A DNA stretch of 36,962 nt from a virus (taxonomy: Duplodnaviria; Caudoviricetes), in IMG/VR virus record IMGVR_UViG_3300023092_000047, positions 1-36,962 of that record; one strand, given 5' to 3'. A model generated the notes under the pieces. It saw only the letters and a program-made list of their open reading frames with translations. It made no database searches and was not told the DNA's origin. Positions 25,465 to 33,936 of this stretch are shown here, piece after piece. The position numbers and the translations under genes are program-made. Within the stretch, counting starts at the first letter, position 1; each line of letters opens with the position of its first letter.

Positions 25465-26015
25465 TATTGTATGTATAAGTTACGGCTGTATTTCAATGTC
25501 ATTTCTTTTACGTCGGGTGTAAGCTCATTTTTAGCAGCCCCTAAATTCTTAACCCAATAGTCTACCTGCATTTTAATAGCCGTTAATAAAATACATGGCA
25601 ATGTTTCGTAACCAGCATTATAAGTTAGATTATAAGCCTTTTCAGCCCCCGTATATCCGACCGGGTAAATGATATAGCAACCTGAGTAATCGTTGATCCT
25701 GATTGACTTAAAGGCTAAACCGGATATATTGTAAACAGTAGGATCTACAAGTACGTCTGAGGATGTCTTTAAACTTACAATTTCACCAACGGGGCCATAT
25801 GGTATTTCTTGTGAAGCACCGCCATATTGCCATTCTAAAACCTTTGGCGCTAAAGATAAGTTCAGTTCCTTTTCCAGTAATTCCCTGGCAGATGTGATAT
25901 AAGCGGATAACTTAGCGTCATCAATAGCGTAGTCCTGATCTATGTGGCAGAAATCTTTGATTTCGTCAAGCGTCACTGGCTCTTCGGTTACGTCTGTGAT
26001 TACAACAACTTCCAT
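25464..26015 (-). CDS. Head-tail connector (gp6/gp15-like)
   Basis: EPVTLDEIKDFCHID...DDAKLSAYITSARE...TYNAGY..LP. Confidence 0.88.
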   Translation of the reverse strand: MEVVVITDVTEEPVTLDEIKDFCHIDQDYAIDDAKLSAYITSARELLEKELNLSLAPKVLEWQYGGASQEIPYGPVGEIVSLKTSSDVLVDPTVYNISGLAFKSIRINDYSGCYIIYPVGYTGAEKAYNLTYNAGYETLPCILLTAIKMQVDYWVKNLGAAKNELTPDVKEMTLKYSRNLYIQ

Positions 26016-26207
26016 TTACTTAGCTTTTGTTTTGCGTTTGCCCTTTTGCATTTTGTTAACATACGTCTGTTTTTCTTCTTTGACAGATGTAGTGTCCGAA
26101 TGGATAGCGCCCGTCATTTCTAGGTATGTAGCGCGTTCCTGGGTTACTTCAGCTTCCTGACCTTCTACGTGTTCTACGTGATCTCTTTTGAATTTTACTT
26201 TAACCAT
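26016..26207 (-). CDS. Small capsid-adjacent protein
   Basis: VKVKF...GQEAEVTQERATYL pattern, common directly after HK97-type capsid genes. Confidence 0.65.
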   Translation of the reverse strand: MVKVKFKRDHVEHVEGQEAEVTQERATYLEMTGAIHSDTTSVKEEKQTYVNKMQKGKRKTKAK

Positions 26208-26231
26208 GATATTTTTTATTTTAAAGGTACT

Positions 26232-26265
26232 AAAAATCCCCTTAACAATTTAATGCCAAGGGGAT
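26232..26265 (-). terminator. Intrinsic terminator after the capsid gene
   Basis: ATCCCCTT/AAGGGGAT stem followed on the - strand by TTTTT; a -7-like TACCTTTA (26222-29) follows. Confidence 0.7.
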
Positions 26266-26288
26266 CAAAAACAAAACCTATATTTTTA

Positions 26289-27557
26289 CTATGCTAAAGC
26301 TGATGTTCCTTTGATGAAGTAATCAGGGCCGTATACCGGTAAAGCCACTGTTTCTTCGATACGTACAGTTACCTGATTCGTACGAACATTGGTGCCGTCC
26401 TGAGAAAAGAATTCAATTTGCATTGCTTCCTGAACATACAGTTCGGTTCCATTTTGGAAATCACCCACAACATAATCATTAGTAGTTAACGCTGTTGTTT
26501 TTGCAACCGGCACACCTAAAATGTACAGAACCCCGTTTACGAACGTTACGCCTTGTGGTAGATCGTATTCACCAGAACCGGCAGCTTTATTCAAAAAGAA
26601 CGAGTAGTAATCAACCGGACGCATTGCGATACCTGTAGCTAAACGTTTGTAAGTGTCTTCAAGCAAAGCCATATCCTTGATGATTTTCTCAACCAGAACG
26701 TTTGCAATAGGAGCAGTTGAAGCAACAAAATTTCCAGCAGTCAAAATACCTTTAATGTTAGGTGACGTACCGTTACCGTAAAGGATTTGGCTATCTTCAA
26801 CGTCCCAAAGTTTTTCCGGCAACCTCAAATTAAGGTAAGCCATTAAACCAGGGATATTCAACATTGCTTTTTTCGACATCAGCATCCATCCAGCGATTGT
26901 TTCAAACTTAACGCTTGATTCAACCAAATCAAGATCAAACTGAGGTTTTAAACCTGTCGCCTGAGTTGTTGGAGTTGCTGCAGATGTTGCCTCTGATGTT
27001 GGCGCAGGATTTCCTTCTCCGGCTCCATTTTCGCGCATGAAGTAGAAATCAGTTCCTGGCCCAGCTGGCAATACATTGATCAAACTTCTAACGTGTGTGT
27101 TAGTGTTCTGATTCGTGATGATTCCCGGACGTTGGATACCTGCCCATTGCGAAGGGCCTGTTACGTTGTTGATACCAAAAGAACCAACAGCTTTCATGTC
27201 CAGCTCAATAGCTACTTTCTTAGTTTCGCCTTTATTGAATTTAGCTAGGTCATCGGTGGCATTTTCAAGTGCCTTACCTAGAATAGATTCAAAAGTTTCG
27301 TTTCCTGCGCTCTCTTTTGCTTTAGTCTCGAACTTAACGATTGCAGCATCCAGTTTTTTAGCTAAGTCTTTTTCAAGGTCTTCAAGCATATTTTTTACTT
27401 TATCCACCTCTTCAGAACTCGCTTTCTCTTTCAGTTCTTCAAGTGCTTTTTGACCAGCTTCTAAAGCTGATTTAGCAGTTCTTAACGCGCCTTGCGATTC
27501 TTCTTTTAAGCCTTTTGCAGCTTCGTCAATCGCTTCTTTTACTTCTTTGATTTCCAT
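26289..27557 (-). CDS. Major capsid protein, HK97 fold with N-terminal coiled-coil delta domain
   Basis: Charged helical N-terminus; EDSQILYGNG, ILGVPV, VVGDF and NQVTVRIEE motifs. Confidence 0.95.
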   Translation of the reverse strand: MEIKEVKEAIDEAAKGLKEESQGALRTAKSALEAGQKALEELKEKASSEEVDKVKNMLEDLEKDLAKKLDAAIVKFETKAKESAGNETFESILGKALENATDDLAKFNKGETKKVAIELDMKAVGSFGINNVTGPSQWAGIQRPGIITNQNTNTHVRSLINVLPAGPGTDFYFMRENGAGEGNPAPTSEATSAATPTTQATGLKPQFDLDLVESSVKFETIAGWMLMSKKAMLNIPGLMAYLNLRLPEKLWDVEDSQILYGNGTSPNIKGILTAGNFVASTAPIANVLVEKIIKDMALLEDTYKRLATGIAMRPVDYYSFFLNKAAGSGEYDLPQGVTFVNGVLYILGVPVAKTTALTTNDYVVGDFQNGTELYVQEAMQIEFFSQDGTNVRTNQVTVRIEETVALPVYGPDYFIKGTSALA

Positions 27558-27558
27558 G

Positions 27559-28209
27559 TTATTTTAAGGAATTTTTTAAGTGAGTTAATATTTCATTTAT
27601 CGGCTCATCTTCATGGGTGCTGAACTGCGGCGCAATCGTGAGTGATTTTAATATAGTTTCAACCTTAACCAGACGTTCATCTGAGTAAGGAAGGTTATAC
27701 ATTTTTGTTAAATGGTCAATCAGTTTGTTCACTGAATTAACTTCTTTCAGTCCGGTTACAATAGCAAGTGGATTTGCCCCCCAGCTAGTAAGGAACGAAT
27801 ATTCTTTAAGTCCGTACTCTTTAATGATACGGTTGTCTTTAGCATCCCTGCGAAGTACCCGGTAACCGATGGATAAATCAGCATCCTGTCCGTTTTCAGT
27901 GATTAGCTTAACATCGTTAAACATATCACGGCCTAAATCAGTGTTCATCTGGAACTGAGTACCTGTAAGAAGCCCATAAGCGTCTTGTGTATCAATCTTT
28001 TTAGGAACGCCTACCATTAACGTAGTGTCGTGGTTTTTATAAACCCTGATCTTTTTAAAGCTCTCAGATACGGACTTAATAAAAGAACCTGGTGCAGAAA
28101 TATCCTTATCGCTATCCTCGTTGTTATACGCATTGGCATATGCCTCTACATAACCGGTTTTATCGTCTAGGTCTTTTACTTCGGACTGAAAATCTTTGGT
28201 TAAATCCAT
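27559..28209 (-). CDS. Prohead protease (HK97 gp4-type)
   Basis: VEAYANAYNNEDSDKDI..PGSF, NHD, LSIGY, LKEYS....GAN. Confidence 0.92.
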   Translation of the reverse strand: MDLTKDFQSEVKDLDDKTGYVEAYANAYNNEDSDKDISAPGSFIKSVSESFKKIRVYKNHDTTLMVGVPKKIDTQDAYGLLTGTQFQMNTDLGRDMFNDVKLITENGQDADLSIGYRVLRRDAKDNRIIKEYGLKEYSFLTSWGANPLAIVTGLKEVNSVNKLIDHLTKMYNLPYSDERLVKVETILKSLTIAPQFSTHEDEPINEILTHLKNSLK

Positions 28210-28237
28210 TGTATCAAATTCGTTACAAGCAAATGTA
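28210..28237 (-). promoter_or_regulatory. Protease-capsid promoter (-7 TACATTTG, 28230-37) with operator TGTATC-aaattc-GTTACA (28210-27) covering the leader
   Basis: The operator occupies the space between the -7 element and ATG 28209. Confidence 0.7.
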
Positions 28238-28260
28238 ATTAAAATAATTGAAATGCAAAT

Positions 28261-28299
28261 AAAAAAGAAAATCCGGCCAAAATTAATTGAACCGGATTT
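28261..28299 (-). terminator. Intrinsic terminator after accessory gene 28341..28730
   Basis: AAATCCGG/CCGGATTT stem followed on the - strand by TCTTTTTT. Confidence 0.65.
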
Positions 28300-28340
28300 G
28301 CGATCTGACGGGGATGGGGTTAATTTTTACAGTTTAGTAT

Positions 28341-28730
28341 TTAATAAGTAAACTTAATACTTAGCCCGTTATCAGCACAAACTCTAACGAATTCTTTTGC
28401 TGACCAATAAGCCCATGCATCTTCTTTTTTATACTTGAAATTCCAATTTAAAAACATATGCATTACTTTAACGAATTCAGGCTTCATACCGTCATGGTGC
28501 CATGCAAGACCCCAATTTAATTCCTTTTTACTTAAACCGGCAGCTTTTCGCATCATTTCTCTGCATAATGAACAGTCTAAACCTCCAAACTGTAGCATAC
28601 CATCAACGCTACCTGCATTTTTTCTGACGTTATAAACAGCTTGATTAAAAGCTTCTCTGTGCTTTTTATATTTTAATCCACCTCTCACAGATTTACTGTG
28701 AGGTGCTGAACTATAAGCATCCCATCCCAT
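28341..28730 (-). CDS. Accessory (moron) hypothetical protein, 129 aa
   Basis: Own -7 TAAATTTG (28754-61), operator and terminator. Confidence 0.75.
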   Translation of the reverse strand: MGWDAYSSAPHSKSVRGGLKYKKHREAFNQAVYNVRKNAGSVDGMLQFGGLDCSLCREMMRKAAGLSKKELNWGLAWHHDGMKPEFVKVMHMFLNWNFKYKKEDAWAYWSAKEFVRVCADNGLSIKFTY

Positions 28731-28782
28731 AATTATTTTAATATTTTAATACCCAAATTTACCTAACTAATCTTTATCTGAA

Positions 28783-28800
28783 TGTAACGATGTAGTTACG
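28783..28800. promoter_or_regulatory. Operator TGTAAC-gatgta-GTTACG
   Basis: 21 bp from -7 TAAATTTG; overlaps the stop of 28796..29626. Confidence 0.7.
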
Positions 28801-29626
28801 ATGCCCCCACCAATTTACCATTAACAATTCGGCCTAATTTAACGTAGCGGTTATATCGATTTGCCGTCATGATCGACTGCGTACATCTGCACCTTATTCT
28901 TTGCTTTTGTGATAGGTTAACGTCGCCTGGCCTAATTGCCTGTTCACCTCCAACGATGTAGTTTTCTTCTAATGGTAAGATTGTGTTGTTAGTATGCAAG
29001 TGGTCTGGTCTTTCCTTTTCGTCATTCCGGCCTAACCAAACATGATACCCCCGCCCACCTTGTTCATCTACCCAGCTTTGAGCAGCAACAGACTTACCTA
29101 AGTTAGCCAAGGTTGTCACCTCGGTACGAGATATGTTGGCCGCTCTGTTTTTAACCCGGTCTTTTAATACTTTAATGAATAACCTAAGTCGCCCGGTTCT
29201 ATCCATATCTAACTCTGCAACATCGCCTAAAGCTGCTTGTATCATTTTAACGGTTGTTTCGTTTAGTTCTCTTTGTATACCGTATGTGTATGTCAAAGCA
29301 TATTCTTTTAATATCCCAGACCATATGTCTACCAGGAAATCTATGGCGCTTGCTTTTGATGGTGTTAACGATTTTTGCCTGTAGTACTCGATTTTAGCCA
29401 TTTGCATACCCTGTTTTGCGTATGCGTTTTGATAAGGAACAATCCAAACGTTACGATTGACTAAACCGTTTACGGGAATATTATTTAGTCCATTGTTCTC
29501 AGCATACTTTATAACAGGAGCAATAGAACTCAATAAAGCCTTACGGAAAACCGTAAACAGTTCCTTTTCCGCTTTAGCATGAAAACGGTTCCATATTAGG
29601 CGTTCTTCTCGGAATTCTTTAAGCAT
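28796..29626 (-). CDS. Minor head protein, Mu gpF/SPP1 gp7-like
   Basis: RAANISRTEV...W....D.KERPDH...PGD...IRCRC. Confidence 0.88.
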   Translation of the reverse strand: MLKEFREERLIWNRFHAKAEKELFTVFRKALLSSIAPVIKYAENNGLNNIPVNGLVNRNVWIVPYQNAYAKQGMQMAKIEYYRQKSLTPSKASAIDFLVDIWSGILKEYALTYTYGIQRELNETTVKMIQAALGDVAELDMDRTGRLRLFIKVLKDRVKNRAANISRTEVTTLANLGKSVAAQSWVDEQGGRGYHVWLGRNDEKERPDHLHTNNTILPLEENYIVGGEQAIRPGDVNLSQKQRIRCRCTQSIMTANRYNRYVKLGRIVNGKLVGAS

Positions 29627-30017
29627 TGTTCTGGTTGCAAACTGGTGTTACAGAATTGTAAAATACACAAGACTTTAGCATCTGGATACGTAGATCTATC
29701 TTCTTAAAGTCATTGATAGATTCCCCTGTTTGGTATTCAATTAGGGAATCAAAAACCCCTCCATAAGCTCTATTAAGTAATTCTAAATCTTTAGGGAAAG
29801 TATTTACTTTTTTGTTTAAGTGCTTTGGAACAAAACCAAATTTAACGCCCATAGTCATGCAGGTGAGAACCCTATAAAACTTATCTTCTACTAGCCTAGT
29901 CGCACAAGGGTAACTACCCTCCTTATCGCAAACTAAAAATAAATCTGGGTCACTTTCTAAAGAAAATTTAGGATTTAAAGTTATTACTCGAACTGTGCTC
30001 TGCATTTTATATTCCAT
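29619..30017 (-). CDS. Accessory hypothetical protein, 132 aa
   Basis: Inserted between portal and gpF; -7-like TAAATTGC 4 nt before the ATG. Confidence 0.65.
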   Translation of the reverse strand: MEYKMQSTVRVITLNPKFSLESDPDLFLVCDKEGSYPCATRLVEDKFYRVLTCMTMGVKFGFVPKHLNKKVNTFPKDLELLNRAYGGVFDSLIEYQTGESINDFKKIDLRIQMLKSCVFYNSVTPVCNQNNA

Positions 30018-30026
30018 ACCTGCAAT

Positions 30027-30140
30027 TTACAAATCTTCCCCAACATCCGGTGTAACAATCTCGATACCTAACATAAATCCCTCTGTCAGCCCGGCTTCGT
30101 ATGCTGCGATTAAATCGGTAGCGTCAAGTTCTAAGATCAT
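30027..30140 (-). CDS. 37-aa acidic peptide MILELDATDLIAAYEAGLTEGFMLGIEIVTPDVGEDL; not in ORF track
   Basis: ATG overlaps the portal stop; contains the operator at 30051. Confidence 0.45.
   Translation of the reverse strand: MILELDATDLIAAYEAGLTEGFMLGIEIVTPDVGEDL
30051..30068. promoter_or_regulatory. Operator TGTAAC-aatctc-GATACC
   Basis: 21 bp from -7-like TAAATTGC (30022-29, - strand). Confidence 0.65.
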
Positions 30141-31489
30141 AATTCCTCACCGTCCCCCATATCGATTTCATCAGCAAACAAAGTATCCAAAGGGCTTAAA
30201 CCAGATGGAACAAGATATTTATTCATGTTAGGATCTGTCGATGAATCAAATTTGAATAGATTGCGTTTTTCGTTACCGCTAATCCACCAAGCATCCCCGT
30301 AAACGGCTTTCATTTGTACCAGATCAGGCGCAAGTTCCGAATATTCAGTAAGGTCATGCGATACGTCTAAGCGTTCACCCCGATACCAATCCTTGCTGAA
30401 CACTTTAAATTTCTGGTCAAACTTCCTTAATTCTGAAACAACCACATTAGTTACAAGCTGTTTTTCCGCTACTTTAACGTTATTTTCCGATCCACCCGAC
30501 TTATCCCCTATCAAAATAGAGTTAACCCCCCACGCGGCTGCTATTCGCACTGCATCTTGATCGTCTGCGTTGATTGCATTAAGGTCAACAAGGCTATCCC
30601 CTAATTTATCAACTTTAACAGCTCCGTTAGTAACATGGAATTTACCGTTATTGTGAACGCCTACCCATTCCTGTTGAACGGTTTGTTTAATAGATTTAAC
30701 TTGCTCGGTTGATAACTTAGAGTAGCTTACACCATCCTGAACAATAGTATCTGAGCTTATTAAGGTACCTGTACCGCCATTTTGGAATGCTGAACCTTGA
30801 GCTATATCGTTCTGGTTGTTCTTGCTTATGCTAGCCCCTGCTGAAATCATAGGGGAGTAGCCGCCGTTTATAGGATCGTAAGGAGACCATTTATGCAAGT
30901 GCATTACATCTTCTATGGGTAGGTCAATTGTTTTGCCGCTATATGTACTGAACGAATAGCCTGTAATAGGTAGCCGCCAATCATCTCCTTCGCGTTTTAT
31001 AGCTACCCGGTCTGCTGGCAGTGAATGAAGGAATACAGGATTACCATTAGCTTTCTCAACAAACAAATACCCATCCCCGGTAAGCTCATAGTTAAACCAA
31101 AACGATTCACGCATTTCGATGCCTGTCTGGTATTCGTTAGGGCTTGTTAGTAGATCAATAAGCTTATGCTCTAAAAGTTCTTCTAGGGCTTTAACCTGGC
31201 GTATATTGTACTGCCCTGTATCGTTGCCTTTTGCGAAATTGTAGCTTTTGACCCTTGCAAGGTCTTTAGCTGATTTTACTTTACTAACTAAAATAGGTGC
31301 CTCTACTAGCTTACGAACCAATACGTTTACGACCGCATAAACTATTTTATTTTCATAGCCTTTATTAAGCTGAGCAGATTTACTTTTCAATGACCATCCA
31401 AATGAGCTGCCCATAAGCATGCTAAACCCTGGTGCGTACTGCGCTTTAATGCCTAATATCGCTGCGCCTATTTTTTGGAGTTTATTCAT
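30137..31489 (-). CDS. Portal protein (HK97-type)
   Basis: VYAVVN, LLTSPNEYQT, LTGDGY, GYSP, IAAAWGV..ILIG, ISGNEKR; follows TerL. Confidence 0.93.
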   Translation of the reverse strand: MNKLQKIGAAILGIKAQYAPGFSMLMGSSFGWSLKSKSAQLNKGYENKIVYAVVNVLVRKLVEAPILVSKVKSAKDLARVKSYNFAKGNDTGQYNIRQVKALEELLEHKLIDLLTSPNEYQTGIEMRESFWFNYELTGDGYLFVEKANGNPVFLHSLPADRVAIKREGDDWRLPITGYSFSTYSGKTIDLPIEDVMHLHKWSPYDPINGGYSPMISAGASISKNNQNDIAQGSAFQNGGTGTLISSDTIVQDGVSYSKLSTEQVKSIKQTVQQEWVGVHNNGKFHVTNGAVKVDKLGDSLVDLNAINADDQDAVRIAAAWGVNSILIGDKSGGSENNVKVAEKQLVTNVVVSELRKFDQKFKVFSKDWYRGERLDVSHDLTEYSELAPDLVQMKAVYGDAWWISGNEKRNLFKFDSSTDPNMNKYLVPSGLSPLDTLFADEIDMGDGEEL

Positions 31490-31494
31490 AGTTG

Positions 31495-31516
31495 TAAATG
31501 TAACAACATTTTGACA
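31495..31516 (-). promoter_or_regulatory. Portal promoter (-7-like TACATTTA) overlapped by a degenerate operator TGTAAC-aacatt-TTGACA (31499-31516)
   Basis: Same overlap geometry as at 22481 and 24768; two mismatches. Confidence 0.5.
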
Positions 31517-31517
31517 A

Positions 31518-32828
31518 TTATACTAATTCGGATTCTAGGTTGATTCCTTCTTTAATCATTGGCCATGCTTTATATCTGATAGCATCCAAATAGTGATTAT
31601 ATAAGTCAATAGGTACACCAGACTTTTTATCGTGCCAAACATAGTTGTTTATCTCCTTAACTATTGGTGCACTTTCTGCCCCTGGGTCAATTATTATTTC
31701 GTAATCCTGTATGTCTTTTATTGATGCGCTTATAGAACCGGGGCCTTTTATGGCTCTTTTTATGTTTAGCCCCTTTGCTTGTATTTCTGATATTAAACGA
31801 GGCTCCGCGCTATCAGCAACTATTTCTGATTTAACGCCGCAGTAATGTAAATTAGCTTCATATATCGCCCCGGTTGACATTCCTGTTTTACCATAGCAAC
31901 CTTTTACATATATCCGCTTGTGTTTGCGATTAACAGCCACCTTTACTAGCGTCGTCGGGTCATCCGAAAACCCAAAATCCTGACCAAAGCCATAAGGCAA
32001 CGATTCATCGAACTCTCCAATAGACCAATTTTCAAATACGACACCTTCGGCATTATCCAGCCACCCGCCTAAAACAACGTGCTTATAGTAAACGGCATTT
32101 TTAATGACTTTTCGGTCTAACTTTTCACGATCTGATTTCGGTGTACGCTCATATATTTCGTAATGTTCGCGTTTAATCTCAAAATCCGTCCAGATGTTAT
32201 CCGCAATAAGTTCGCGCTCCATATCAAGGTACGAGCTGTGTATATACAGTACATTGCCTTTAATGCCGTTAAACCCTTCCGCTACGCCCTCAGATTCAAA
32301 GAATTCCTCGTATATCCAATGCGTTTTAGTTGTCGGATTGAGTAGCAATATCGAAAGGTTGCGTACATCCTTAGCCCGGATTGACTTTTTGATCTTATCC
32401 CAGTTATCAAAACTAGGCATTTCCTCTGCTTCCTCTAATACGAACACTGAGAAATCCTTTAGTGACTTTAGAGAAGCTGTTTGGTTGCCTGAGCTGGTTT
32501 TAATACCCTTAAATACGACCTTGCTGTTATTTCCGGTTCCTATTATCCGGTCTTTCGTTACCTCGAAACTCGAATGCGCATTAAGCATTTCAATCTTTTC
32601 GGTAAACTCTGGTATAATAGAATCCTGTGCTGATGTCAGCGTGTACCTGGTGTAAAGTACCCTATGTACGAAATCTTTTGCTGCCACACATGACCATGCG
32701 CCTACCGCAAATGACTTTTGGCTATTACGCCCACCCGTTATAATAACAGTATCTACTGTATACAGCGGGTTGCCGGGCTGGGCTGATAGCCACTCAAATA
32801 AGGGTTCGTACTTTTCGGATAGGACCAT
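31518..32828 (-). CDS. terL: Terminase large subunit, PBSX/SPP1-like (Terminase_3)
   Basis: GGRNSQKS Walker A variant, FVLEEAEE Walker B, LLLNP, GQDFGFSDDPT, ADSAEP, NHYLDAIRY. Confidence 0.95.
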   Translation of the reverse strand: MVLSEKYEPLFEWLSAQPGNPLYTVDTVIITGGRNSQKSFAVGAWSCVAAKDFVHRVLYTRYTLTSAQDSIIPEFTEKIEMLNAHSSFEVTKDRIIGTGNNSKVVFKGIKTSSGNQTASLKSLKDFSVFVLEEAEEMPSFDNWDKIKKSIRAKDVRNLSILLLNPTTKTHWIYEEFFESEGVAEGFNGIKGNVLYIHSSYLDMERELIADNIWTDFEIKREHYEIYERTPKSDREKLDRKVIKNAVYYKHVVLGGWLDNAEGVVFENWSIGEFDESLPYGFGQDFGFSDDPTTLVKVAVNRKHKRIYVKGCYGKTGMSTGAIYEANLHYCGVKSEIVADSAEPRLISEIQAKGLNIKRAIKGPGSISASIKDIQDYEIIIDPGAESAPIVKEINNYVWHDKKSGVPIDLYNHYLDAIRYKAWPMIKEGINLESELV

Positions 32829-32834
32829 TAAAGG

Positions 32835-33053
32835 CTATATTTTGTCTTTGAGGGAAATAATGCTTTGTTTATCCACTATCATTCTATAGTCCTCGCCTTC
32901 TGGCTTGAAATATCGGGTATTAGCTTTGTCCGCCGCCTCGTCAAGTTTGGCATTGGCATATAGTTTCATGGCTTTTATCACGTCAGATGATTTATATTGA
33001 CCATAATTCCATTCGGGGATGGCTGCTAATACCTTTTCTGCTGTCTGTTTCAT
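32835..33053 (-). CDS. Accessory hypothetical protein, 72 aa, inserted between terS and terL
   Basis: Start MKQTAEK 3 nt after -7-like TAAATTGC (33057-64). Confidence 0.65.
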   Translation of the reverse strand: MKQTAEKVLAAIPEWNYGQYKSSDVIKAMKLYANAKLDEAADKANTRYFKPEGEDYRMIVDKQSIISLKDKI

Positions 33054-33085
33054 ACTGCAATTTACAAAATCAAACCCACCCAAAA

Positions 33086-33103
33086 CGTAACAATTCCGTT
33101 ACT
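33086..33103. promoter_or_regulatory. Operator CGTAAC-aattcc-GTTACT
   Basis: 21 bp from -7-like TAAATTGC; overlaps the terS stop. Confidence 0.7.
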
Positions 33104-33539
33104 TCTGGCTACCCTTACTAAACGATATCGGGGTAGGGGACATGGTGCCGTCTGTAGATTTGTGGTCTATCTCTTGCTTATCAGTCCATCCAAAGTTTTT
33201 AAGCGCAAAAATAGCTCCTGTTGAATTTCTTGTCATCAAGGCTTTTTCATAACCATTCTCAACTCTTAGCCTGGCTTCTTTTATGGTGTAAGAAAATTCT
33301 CCTGTTTTTTCGTAGTCATAAACGCTTTGTCTAGATACAAAACCAAGGAATAAAGCTAATCCGGTAATTGTTGGCGGCTCTGGTTCCCTTACCCATTCCT
33401 TTTCACGGCCTACTTTTTCACCATTGACAATAATATCAACCCACTCAAAAACTCCTTGTATCCAAATAAAATATGTATCAATACATTCCTGTAATTGTTC
33501 TTTAGTTTCGAAATGAGCTGGCCTGCCTACTGTTTCCAT
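33099..33539 (-). CDS. terS: Terminase small subunit (P22 gp3-like DNA-packaging protein)
   Basis: GRP..F.T.E.L...I..YF, PPTITGLALFLG..SRQ...DY, GAIFALKN.GW.DKQE. Confidence 0.88.
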   Translation of the reverse strand: METVGRPAHFETKEQLQECIDTYFIWIQGVFEWVDIIVNGEKVGREKEWVREPEPPTITGLALFLGFVSRQSVYDYEKTGEFSYTIKEARLRVENGYEKALMTRNSTGAIFALKNFGWTDKQEIDHKSTDGTMSPTPISFSKGSQK

Positions 33540-33540
33540 A

Positions 33541-33915
33541 TTACTTAGTTTTTAATTCGCTTTCCTCTATTGGAACTGGTATCCCTACACACGCCCAAAA
33601 TTCAACGTATGAGCGAGCTATTTTATATTCGTGACCCAAATATAAGCAAAGATTTTGGAACTTAACCTGATCAGGTGATTGATGTCCTTCCTCTGTTTTG
33701 AGTTCGATCCAGGTAATCCTGCCGTCCTCATTCATATATGCCCAATCACTGATCCCTGGCTTAACACCCATCGTACGCATTTTGTTGCCATACTGTTTAG
33801 ATTGAGCATTTGTCCAGATGCAAAATAGCCTTTGTTTTTCTGCATGGTCATAAAGGTGTGTATTATTCCATGCCTCTGATATTTTCTGGTGTAGTATTTC
33901 TTCTTTTCTGTTCAT
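33541..33915 (-). CDS. VRR-NUC domain nuclease
   Basis: GVKPGISD...WIELKTEEGHQSPDQVKF; start reassigned to MNRKEE. Confidence 0.88.
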   Translation of the reverse strand: MNRKEEILHQKISEAWNNTHLYDHAEKQRLFCIWTNAQSKQYGNKMRTMGVKPGISDWAYMNEDGRITWIELKTEEGHQSPDQVKFQNLCLYLGHEYKIARSYVEFWACVGIPVPIEESELKTK

Positions 33916-33936
33916 TTTAGTGTGTTTTTGGGCAAA

